Below the pieces are notes generated by a model. It saw only the letters and a list, made by a program, of their open reading frames with translations. It did no database searches and had not been told where the DNA came from. The translations under genes and the position numbers were made by a program. A stretch of DNA of 64,000 nucleotides. Origin: Camelus dromedarius (lineage: Eukaryota). This document shows positions 1 to 10,330 of the stretch, in pieces (positions within the stretch are counted from its first letter, which is position 1; each line of letters begins with the position of its first letter). Location of the stretch: positions 23,190,001-23,254,000 of the forward strand of contig NC_087437.1 in NCBI RefSeq assembly GCF_036321535.1. Direction: 5' to 3'.

Positions 1-32
1 AAATCTAGACTATGTGGAGAAAATTGCTTATC

Positions 33-480
33 TGTTAGACTGTTTTCAGCTACAGGTAAAAGAATACCAAAATTAAAGTGACTTACACAATAAGGATTTA
101 TGATCTAACGTAAAAAGAAGTCCAGAGTTGGCAGGCCTTGGGTTTTATCTTCCGACAAAGCAGTGATGGGGTTCTTCCATCTTCTATTTTTGGTGATTTG
201 GCTTTAGTTTTCATGTGTGTCCCCTTGTGGCTACAAAATAACCTCCAGGCAACAGGATATCCTCACACAACATGTTCAAAGGCAGAAAGAGGTCTTTTTT
301 ATTGAGGAAGAAAACCTTTCCCAGAAACCCAGAGCAGACTTGCAACAGGTTTCCCTTGACCAGCTCTGGCTTATAAATTCGTAACCAGACTGGAAGTGAG
401 GCCCAGGAAGTAAGAATCTAGGATTCTCAGCATCCACAGTGGGTAGATGGCAAGGAAAACCAGCAGGAGAACCTGCCACG
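33..480 (-). mobile_element. Old MaLR LTR (MLT1J/K/L-like), degraded
   Basis: Start 'tgttagactgttttcagctacaggtaaaagaataccaaaattaaagtgactta' resembles the reverse-complemented MLT1 3' end; subfamily uncertain. Confidence 0.6.
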
Positions 481-1169
481 CCTAAGCTGGCAGGCTATTC
501 TGCTGTATGATTACTTTGTAAAGAGGCAGAAATGTTGCTGCAGCAGCTGTTGCAAATGAGAGTATAGTAGAACCCCAAATTCAGTGATTATTGATGGATT
601 TGCCTTTGGGAGGAGTGGAACGGAGCTTTCTACTCAAATCATCTTTTTTTAAGAGTCATCTTTGGCCTTTGGGGTTCTCCCCAGAGAGTGGGTCTATATG
701 TTAAAGAAAACCCTTCCTAGTCAGTGAGGGCAGCGTTTTGCTTTAGAATGGGTGCTGTGCTCTTAAATAAGTGGGCATGCATCCTTTTCATTCGTTGTAA
801 AGGTTTCCCTTTGTGTTCTTGCTGTTGTCAAAGGCCTATGTGTGTTTTATAAGTGGAGCTCTAGGCTGTTGTGTTGTGACGGAAGTCTATCTCATTTAAG
901 AATAGCAAAGTTTCCTAAATTCAAGAGGCTATGAATCTAATTATGTTGTTTGGAATGATTCCTGGACAGGCTTCTCATCCCACTAGTTGTTTTCCTTTTA
1001 AGACTGAAAAGGTGAATATTCAAGTAAACACACACACGACAAAACAAACCCAAAATTCTAAAACCTGGCAGACCAATGCCTGTTTAAATTTGATATATAA
1101 AATCGAATGATTTCTTTTTCCTTTTATCTTTGTCCGTTGTTGAATGGTCTGCTTCTTTTGAACATTTTA

Positions 1170-1610
1170 TATGCAATTTAATTAACATTTACTGAGTTCC
1201 TAACATAGAAAAGCCATCATACTAAGCTCTGTAGGAACACAACTAAAATGTACTTATTTGTAAGGAACTTACCATCTATGAACAAAACAGATCAATATGT
1301 AAATGAGTACAATGCAAGGTATCAGCCATTCACTTTTACCTGAAGTTTAAACACCTACTACAGAAATAAGCAGTCAGTTCTCTGCAGGATCCGTGGAGAT
1401 TTTGTGGAGGACTTGTCTATACATTTGCTTCTTAGGATGGGCAAACAAAGAAGAATAAGACTCTGGTGGTCCAGATTGCGGGATCCAAATAAGAGGAAGG
1501 TGCATTTTGGGATTAGGAAATGCTGAGCAGTTGGATTAGTTGGACTATCCAGTCAAGTTGGACGAGAGCAGATGAGGGACCTGAAAAGGTGGACTTGAGC
1601 TAGACTGAAA
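1170..1610 (-). mobile_element. L2 LINE 3' fragment
   Basis: 'attaacatttactgagttcctaac...atactaagctctg' matches the reverse-complemented L2 3' end. Confidence 0.55.
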
Positions 1611-1714
1611 GCCACACAAAGAAGTACAGAAGCAACACTGAGCTGCTCTATTCCTGGCCAAAGCATGAGCTCCTCTATACTTTACAACTTACATGCCTCT
1701 CTTTGTAAATCACC

Positions 1715-2060
1715 GACATTTGTTAGATACTATGTTCTGCTCAACATTCCAGGCACTTCAATTGTACTAACTCATATAATCCTCGCATAAACCCTAGTTA
1801 TTGCTTATTACTATAAGTTCATTTTATATATCAAGAAATTTAGCACAGGGAAATATATACAAGATCCTGTAGTAGCTCATGGTGAAAAAGAATATGAAAA
1901 TGAATATATGCATATTCATGTATGACTGAAAAATTGTGCTGTACACCAGAAATAGACACAACATTGTAAACTGACTATAACTAAATGAAAATAAATTAAT
2001 TAAAAAAAAGATACTTAGGCACAGAAAGGTTAAGCTACTTGCTCAAGGTGACACTCTTAA
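1715..2060 (-). mobile_element. MIR SINE interrupted by an L1 3' fragment
   Basis: MIR core 'ctcatataatcctc...attttatata...aggcacagaaaggttaagctacttgctcaaggtgacac'. Confidence 0.65.
1841..2009 (+). mobile_element. 5'-truncated L1 3' end
   Basis: 'tagcacagggaaatatatac...tgtacaccagaaatagacacaacattgtaaactgactata' plus A tail; similar to 40005-40150; imperfect flanking repeat aagaaattta/aagatactta. Confidence 0.85.
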
Positions 2061-2442
2061 CTACCACCTCTGTGGATGGGAGGAAAAGTACAGCTATTCC
2101 TTATTGGTACACATTATTTTCATGTTTCTATTAAAATAAAAAGGTTATACATCAAAGTAAGTATATCATTTTTGAATTTGATGACTTACTGTAGCAAATG
2201 CACAATATGAACTTCAATTCCTGTAATTCTTTGTACAGGAAGCTATCTCATAGAAAAGTAAAAAAAAAAAACATAATGCATTAATAATCATAAATCTTTC
2301 ATTTGGAAGAAAAATTAGAAGCCATTTAAGGTATTACAACATTTACAATATTTATTATTTAAAACAAAAGGAAAAAGTTTTATAACATTTATTTAGTAGA
2401 TCCGTGGAACATTGGAATTGAAAAGGATTGTAATCATCAGCT

Positions 2443-2750
2443 AGGCTAGTTTCAAATTGGCTGCTCTCAGAGGTGATTTATTTGGCCTCCACAGTGATGT
2501 ATGTTTTAATTGAATAGCTTGCCAATTTCAAAAAAAAAAATAAAAAATAAAATAGGACATTTAATTTAAAGATATCCATTTCCAGGATCTCATAAAAAAA
2601 AAAGAAAGAATATTGGGCAATAGTGAACCCACATTTGTATGGTAATAATCAACTAGAGCTGAGTAGAGGCTGGTTAGTTCCAGTGGGTCCTATAATGCCT
2701 GGTTAGTTACAGACATATGAAATTGCCTATAGAGACCACCATATTTAACC
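2443..2750. mobile_element. hAT-Charlie DNA transposon remnant (MER102-like)
   Basis: Motif 'atggtaataatcaactagagctgagtagaggctg' resembles MER102. Confidence 0.55.
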
Positions 2751-3509
2751 TCAAATATAGCAATTTAAAATTGAGCAACTGAGTAAATAGAACTCCTTTT
2801 ATTTCATTTTTTGCCTGGAGCCCCTCAGCAAGGAATAACATGATAGATGTCAGATATTCCAAAGTGTCACATGCTATGCCTTTTAACCAGGGTGTGTTGA
2901 GATGGTTAAATAGATTCTGTTGTCTTAGTGATCACTCAGCTCCAACCACAAATGCGTAGATGTAGAAAATGAGTGAGGGAGATTTTCCTTAGAGAGACGA
3001 TGGGCCAGCTGTGTGTTCTCTTTTCTATTGGGGCAGGGGGAGAACTGATTCTATTCAAGTAGGAGGGGCTTTAGGGGGACCTCCCAACCCACCTGTCTGG
3101 AGGGAGCCTGAGTGGAGCCATTTTGAAGGGAAATCCATCCAACGCAATTCTGGGGTGACACAGATCAGCAAGGGTCTGACTGTGGGTTCCCAGGCTGAGA
3201 ATGGTGCAGGCTCCCTGTGCATTATAGGTATTCTAGTAGGAGTTGGTAAAGGGGGAATCTCAGAAACTCCCACAACAGCAATCTGTGAAAAATTCAGCTT
3301 GGACATGTGCCAGTCTCATAGGACAGGGACGTCATTTCACAAGTTATTCTATAGTGCCTTGTCTCTCCTTAGTTCCTACCCTGGAGAGGTCATCTGCTTC
3401 AATCTGTTGCATATGACACCATGCGAAAGCACAAAATGCATCAATAAATAGTTCTTATATTGTTTTATCTATACACAGAATAGATTATCTACCTAGAATG
3501 CTGAGAGTA

Positions 3510-3551
3510 TGTGTGTGTGCGTGTGTGTGTGCTTGTGTGTGTTGTGTGTGT
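3510..3551. repeat. Interrupted (TG)n microsatellite
   Basis: Seen directly. Confidence 0.95.
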
Positions 3552-4405
3552 AGATACATACACAATGTTTTAAATTTCAAACAGAATTTTGCCACTGACA
3601 TATATATAGAAGCTGTCTTCACGTAGTAACAGATGTTACTGTAAGACAGGAATTGGATTGCCTCGCCTAGGGTTTTCTTTCACTATCTCTTGCTTTCACT
3701 CTTGCTTTCATTTTTTCATTTTCCCTCTCTCTCTCCCTATTGCTCTTTTATTTTTCTACTTGTTTTCTGAGCCACTTACTAGGCGACCCCTTCCTGTGGG
3801 AGGTTTAGGCTTCGCTGAGGGACCCCAGCCTGCCTGCCACTCCTCTGACCAGGCTGTTAGATTTCTAACAGATGTTCCAGTGTTGCTTAAGTTTGCTTCA
3901 CCTTTTCCCTAAGAATTCCCCTCCTCCCACTAAATGACCCCCACCCCCAACCCTCTCCTTTTATTTCCTCCATCATCTTCAGAGGGAAGAGTTCTTACCT
4001 GCACAGGAACGCCTTATCTTTTCAGAAAGCTTTGCTGTGGCTAGACTTAAGTAAAACAAAATATTCATTAATTGAGATGATCTTTTAGGATACCTCGAGG
4101 AATGTCCAGTAGATGTAAAATAAAGGTAACATTTACAAGGCTCCTGAATGTATACAGTTTCCATAACAATATGGTTCCACATTACGAACACAAAATGTTT
4201 TCATCTGTTGAGATCTGACAGTATGAGTCATATGATACCTCATGTGAGTTCTCTGACCTTCACTTCTGATTCATTTACTTACTCATTTGACTGATTCTTC
4301 ACATCACTTTGAATTTCACCTTTACTGTGATTCTAGTTGTCATGACTGTAACACATCTGAAAATTGTTTATGCCGAATTAAGTCCACTAAAAATAGTCAT
4401 AGAAG

Positions 4406-4427
4406 ACACACACACACACACACACAC
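4406..4427. repeat. (CA)11 microsatellite
   Basis: Seen directly. Confidence 0.95.
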
Positions 4428-5134
4428 TCAACAAATTGCCTAGATATTCAGGAGAATATGGTTTCATGGCTGGAAGCCCAGTTTATTCATAAGAAAAAGG
4501 CAAGGGCACAGATAACTACTTTTATGAATAAAATGATCTTAACAGAAGCTACCGTTAAAGTATCATTTCCCAATTTTTCTTACATAATGTCTGTAGAAGA
4601 TGGTGATTGTGTCACTGTCCACTCTCCTGAAGCATCCGCACCTCAGGGCATCTGTAACTCATTCCCCGCACTTGGGGTTGAAGGCTCTGCTTCAGGGATT
4701 ATTGCCAGGACTGGCTTCATTTAAAGTTTTTATAAGTGATCGGGAAGATGAAGTGCCCAGTAAAATCTTCAAGTTCACAGATGGACACTAAGCTTCTCTG
4801 GGTAATTAAATGTCAAGCTGATAAGGATAAACTGTAGAAAAATCTTTCCTGCTTGCCTGTGAGGTCGACACAAAGATGAACTTCACCTTGGATGTGTGAC
4901 TGTTGTAGAATAATAAAAAAAATAATACAAACCAAATTTTATATGATGATGCCCCCTGAGCACCAGTGATGACCCATGATAAAATGTGAGAGTTCTTACT
5001 GTCTTCTACTCCTGGAGACATCCACCTGAAGTCTGTGGTGACACAAACAGTTATTACAATTCTGTGAATCATCAGAGAGGTCGTGCAAATGACACAAAAA
5101 CATCAGTAGCACCTCAAACAATTTTTTAGTTAAG

Positions 5135-5325
5135 TTTTTTTTTTTCAGTTGAAGTATAGTTGATTTAAATGTGTTAGTTTCTGGTTTACAGCAAAGTGAT
5201 TCAGTTACACATATATATGTAAGTATATATATTCTTTTGCATATTCTTCTCCATTATGATTTATTACAAGATACTGAACATAGTTCCCTGTGCTATACAG
5301 TCGGGCCTTGTTGTTTATCTGTTCT
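5135..5325 (-). mobile_element. L1 3' end (artiodactyl-type), poly(A) at 5135-5145
   Basis: 'ttgaagtatagttgattt...gttccctgtgctatacagtcgggccttgttgtttatct' is the reverse complement of an L1 3' end like 39970-40150. Confidence 0.9.
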
Positions 5326-5440
5326 ATTTTTGAGGGGAGTTAGGTTTATTTATTTATTTTTTTATGGAGGGACTGGGGATTGAGCCCAGGACCTCATCCA
5401 TGCTAACCATGCATTCTGCCACTGGGCCATACCCTCCCCC
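5326..5440 (-). mobile_element. Vic-1-type tRNA-derived SINE
   Basis: Reverse complement reads GGGGGAGGGTATGGCCCAGTGGCAGAATGCATG...CTGGGCTCAATCCCCAGT...AAATAAATAAACCTAA, with A-box and B-box-like motifs. Confidence 0.9.
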
Positions 5441-5822
5441 TCAAACACTTTTTTATATTTTATCTAGTTTAGTCCTCAAAAAAATTCTGTGTGAGAGTTT
5501 TTAATGCCTTTTGCAAATGAGGAAAGTGAGGCTCAGTAAGTGATTGGTTCTTGCATCAAGGTCTAGGCTCCTGCAATTAGGTCTAGATGCTGTCTCTAAA
5601 GAAAATGGAAGTGAAAAGTGTTCAGACATGGACTTTTCAAATAAGAATTGGGGAATTAGAAGAACAAACTAAGGAAAGAAGGAGATTTCTATAGATGCAT
5701 ATATTTTTAAAATAAGAAATCTTTGGTATGGAAAAATGACTTGCATACTGAGTATAATATGGCTTGAGTAAAGTTCTAGAATTCTAGATATGTCTAGGAA
5801 ATGGTGTGATGCTTCAAAATGG

Positions 5823-6214
5823 TATATTAGTTTGCTAAGGCTGCAATAACAAAGCACACAAAATAAGTGGCTTAAGCAACAGAAATTTATTGTCTTACAA
5901 TTCTGGAGACTAGAAGTCCAAAATCAAGGTGTCAGCAGAGTTGACGTTTTCCAGAGGCTGTGAAGGAAGGATCTCTTCCAGGCCTCCTTTTCCTATGTTT
6001 CTTCACATTTTCTTTCCCCTATGCATGTTGCCTCTGTATTCATATTTCCTTTTTCTATAAGGACACCAGTCATACTGGATTAGGGTCCCTGCAATACCTC
6101 ATCTTAATTATATCTGCAATGACCCCATTTCCAAAGAAGGTTATATTCTGAGATACTAGGAGTTAGGCTTCAATACACAGATGGTTAGTGGGGTGCACAA
6201 TTCAACCCATTCCA
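5823..6214 (-). mobile_element. MLT1 (A-C-like) solo LTR
   Basis: 'tattagtttgctaaggctgcaataacaaa...gtggcttaagcaacagaaatttatt...ttcaacccat'; near 5-bp TSD aatgg/attgg. Confidence 0.85.
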
Positions 6215-7899
6215 ATTGGCAAGGAAGCCCTGGACAGTGGGTGATACATTTATGAAAGTTATTGCTTTGAATAAAAACAAGACCTAAAGACTTTATATGT
6301 CAGTGAAAAACAGAGCACCCTGAAAACGTTAAGCCAACAAAAAGATGTGTGTGGTGGTGTGAGGGGGTCCTGACAGAACCTTAGCATCATAATATTGGAG
6401 AGTTGTGGGAAGCCACAGAGATCACTGTTTTTACACAGTTGAGAAATATCCAGAAAGAAGAGTCTCTTCTCTTGTCTAACAACAACATAATCAATTGATT
6501 TTATCCAATAGGCACTAGCAGTGCTATTTATTTATGCCTTTTTTTTTCATCCCAGTAAAGATTAAACCCCAAATGTTTAAAAATGTGGTTTACCACACAG
6601 CCCAAATAATCTCAACTCTTTGAATCTATAACAAAAACTTGTCTTGATTTTCTCTTTTAGATTAAAATCAAAACAAAAACATTTAGACAAGTTTATACTA
6701 GATACATTAATCCTGGTAACAGTTTCTAAAATGGAACTCAACCACATTTCTCCATGAAATTGAACAAGCACTTCAATTAAGGTTTGTTTTATTCAGGGTG
6801 CATTCAACCCTATGTCACAATGTTACGTGTTACAGATATCACAATGGACTAAGAGATATCTTAAGATACGTAGTTTAATCATCTTTAATGTATAAAAGCA
6901 AGAGATGAAATGATGAAGAAAGGCAAATTATCATTCCATTTATTTATTACTGCATCCATCCTCTCAAGGCAGAGTCTTTCCTAAAAACTGACCTTTAATA
7001 TAGTCTTAATCATGATGGTACCTTGTGCATGTGCCTGCACTATGACTGTTTTGTTAAGGTTATTGTCCATGAAACTGTGGCCTTTAAAATGCCTCCACAA
7101 TTATTTTCAGTTTATACTGATCCTCTGAGTCCATAGCTGAATAGATTTGGTCCTTGTCTTCTCTAGCCTTAGGTCCCTTGGCTGGTCCCTGGAGAGCCTA
7201 GTGGCTGGAGTTTGATTGACAGCTTCAGCAATACAAGGCACACCTCACCAGCACCTGGGAAGTAGTGATATGTAAATGAAGTTCCCAGTTTTTAAATGTA
7301 AATACCCTTGGGCTTTTCAACAAAGGATCGCCTAACTTGACTTTTGCTATGTGGATCAGGGAAGAAACTGAAATTGTAGACACCAGTTTGCAATGCCTTT
7401 TAAAATAAGAGTGATGACTTGAGCCCATGCGCTGAACGCAATTTTTATTTGGCCTAGAATATCTGAATCCAAGTGTATGACACAGAGAGGATTGCAGTGG
7501 GTGAGGTGCAGTGGTGAAGGCCATCAGCAAGGGTCAAGGTGGAAAGGGATCTGTCCCCAAGATAAAAAGGTGGGAGATTTTCCCTCTGAATATCTAAGGG
7601 AGGAAACTCTGAATCATTTGAAAGAGACCATGAAATGCTACTGCTATTTTTTAAAATACCATGGAATTTTATTCCATAAAATTGGAATATAGAAAGAATA
7701 AAACAAATTCTTTATTGTCACAATATATTTTTACCAATATGCACACAATCCAAACACAACTAGTTAACATTTTGATCGGTTTCTTCCCAGGCTCTGCATG
7801 TGCTATACACATTTGTGATTATGTGTTTCTCAATAGTCCAGTCAAATTATCTAAATTTTTTAAATCTTGATTTTTCTATCAAGTACCTAGTATCTTTTT

Positions 7900-8250
7900 A
7901 TGTTCACACTGTATCTATACTCATTTCTGACTACTTTTTAAATGTTGATGTTTCCCACAATTCTGGTTTGGACTCTTCTTTTTTTCTACTTTTTGTAATC
8001 TCCCAGTTCTTTCTCACTTCTTTTATCAGAACAACTAACCCCTAAACACTTACAAGTCACAAATCTATATTTTACATTTCAGACTCACAACTATTAACTC
8101 TTTATTAATGAATGAATTAATTGATTATTAATGAGTTAACTAATTAAATCATTCAGATCTTAGCATGTGTTGGGTGGTGTTCTGAGTACTGGGGTCTTAA
8201 CCTGGAAAATGGTGGTTGGATACAATGGAAGACGGTGAGAACTGACGCAA
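7900..8250. mobile_element. L2 fragments
   Basis: 'ttttaaatgttgatgtttcccacaattctg' and 'aaatcattcagatcttagcatgtgttgggtggtgttctgagtactgggg'. Confidence 0.45.
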
Positions 8251-8370
8251 GGGTTTGAAAGCCATGAAAAGTCTACAATTTGAAGGTTCTAAAATAAAAA
8301 AAAAAAAAAAAGTAAGCATTTGGACATTTAGTCCCAGTCTACATTATGTACCCCTATTAGCAGTCTTGTG

Positions 8371-8479
8371 AAATGTGACAATGAATATACGTATGTTCAT
8401 GTATAACTGGAAAATTGTGCTCTACACTGGAATTTGACACAACATTATAAAATGACTATAACACAATTTAAAAAAAAAA
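8371..8479 (+). mobile_element. 109-bp L1 3' tail with perfect 10-bp TSD
   Basis: TSD CAGTCTTGTG at 8361-8370 and 8480-8489; body similar to 1890-2009; A tail. Confidence 0.9.
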
Positions 8480-8563
8480 CAGTCTTGTGGCTCTCTGCTT
8501 ATAACAATCATCAGAGGTAAAGTTAACAGTTATTGGAGTGATTTGTGTGTGTCTGTGTGTGTC

Positions 8564-9076
8564 TGTATTAGTTTTTTGTTGCAGCTGTGATAAATTACTA
8601 ATTTGTGTAAGCCAATTACACTTAGTGGCTTAAAATAACTCAGAATTCCTGTTGTATAGTTCTGTAGATCAGAAGTCCGACGCAAACCTCACTGCCCTAA
8701 GATCAAGGTGTTGGCAGGGTGCCTTCCTTTCTGCCTGTTCTAGAGGAGAACCCATTTCTTTGCCTTTTCCTCTTCTGGAGCTGCCTGCTTTCCTTGGCTT
8801 ATGGTTTCTTTCCTCAGTCTTCAAAACCACAACATGGGCCAAGTCCTTCTCACACTGCCATCTCCCCGGTTGTCTTTCCCACAGTTATGTATCCTTGTGA
8901 TTACACTGAGACCACCTGGATAGTCCAAGATAATCTCCTTGTTTTAAAGTCAGCTGACTGGCAACCTTAATTCTATCTTCTGCTTTAATTTTCCTTTGCC
9001 ATGTGACTAACATATTTACAGGTTCTGGGGAGTAGAAGGTGGACATCTTTGGTGGGCCATTATTCTGTTGAACACA
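8564..9076 (-). mobile_element. MLT1D-like solo LTR
   Basis: TG...CA ends; 'gtggcttaaaataac', 'atcaaggtgttggcaggg', 'ccttgtgattacactgag'; near TSD gtgtc/gtgtt. Confidence 0.85.
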
Positions 9077-9104
9077 GTGTTTCTTCTTCGACCTGTGAAT
9101 TTCA

Positions 9105-9590
9105 TGTAGGAGACTCTGTACCCACTCTTCCTTTCTTCCTTAATAACAGAAGCTTGGTTTTATTCAGTGTGGCAATTGTCCAGCTAATAAAATGCAGTAT
9201 CCTGGTCTCCACTATAGTACAGAAGCAAAACATGGCAGTTCTGGTGAATGAGTTATAAAGGGATGTCTACTGAGTACTTTCTGCAGAGACTTTACTTTCC
9301 TAGTAAGAAATATTACCCCCCCCCTTTCCTTGTATCCCTACCTTGAAGTCTAAAGAACAGTCATCTTTTGGCCAAGAATGATAGGAATGAGTACACCGAG
9401 GGTTCTGCATTAAGGCAAAGAGGTAAGAATATGGAAAGAATCATGGAACCACTGATGACATTATTTAGCTGACATACTGTATCATCCAAGACTTGCCACT
9501 TCTTGTACTGGAGAAAAAAAAATTTATTACATACTTGGCTACTATAGCAGGGCTTTTGGTTACTAGCAGCCAAATGAAATCTTGCTTCAT
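9105..9590 (+). mobile_element. Old MaLR LTR (MLT1I/J-like)
   Basis: 'ttcctttcttccttaataacagaagc...ttttggttactagcagccaaatgaaatc'. Confidence 0.55.
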
Positions 9591-9899
9591 AGCTTACATG
9601 AGAGCAGGCATCTTTTCTATCTTGTTTACTCCTGTACAAAAAGCTTGGGGGGAAACAGAACATTTGTTAGGGACCTAATAAATGTTTCTTAAGCTTCTCT
9701 TGAGATTTTGACTTTTGATCTGCATTTACTGTACAAGTAGGCATTAACAAGGTTAAGAAGGAAGGGTGAGTAGGTCATCCAAAACAAAGTGCATTTGTTA
9801 ATGTTCTGAAGTGGGAGTGCACTTGTATTTAGGGAAGTAACAGAAAGTGCTATGATTGCAAAATAAGAGAGGAGAAACTGCACAATAATAGGCTAGCTG

Positions 9900-10330
9900 A
9901 GCCCTGTGAGATCCGTAGGCACAGGCTCACCATAGACCACATTAAGAATTTTCTTTTTTTTAATCATAAGAGCACTGATCAGAGATTGAAAGATTTTAGG
10001 TGAGGTTATCATATGCCTGTGTTTGAAGGTTCTTTTAGGCTACTGTGTGAAGAAAGGCAGCTGAATGCTTTGAGAGAGATTGGGAGAGTATGGAAATTGT
10101 CCAAGTGAGAGGTGATGACAGCCGATGATCCTAGAAATGGATGGACTGGAGAGACATTAGGAGGTTAGAGTGGCCGGAAGTAGCGCTTGACTGGATGTGG
10201 GCGAAGGAGGGATGTGTCGGATGAACTCTTAGGTCTCTGATAATGTACATGGGACGGTCGTGGAGTTGTTCCTGTGGCAGTAACATCCTGGCATTGCTCT
10301 GTTGAAGATACCATAACTCAGGATTTTTTG
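9900..10330 (-). mobile_element. L2 LINE fragment
   Basis: 'gtccaagtgagaggtgatgacag...gatggactggagagacattaggaggttagag'. Confidence 0.65.

Noticed and set aside
3011..3451. 146-aa ORF
   Set aside because: GTG start, no recognisable domain, overlapping antisense ORF; consistent with chance
4287..4724. 145-aa ORF
   Set aside because: TTG start and reads through a (CA)n microsatellite; no recognisable homology
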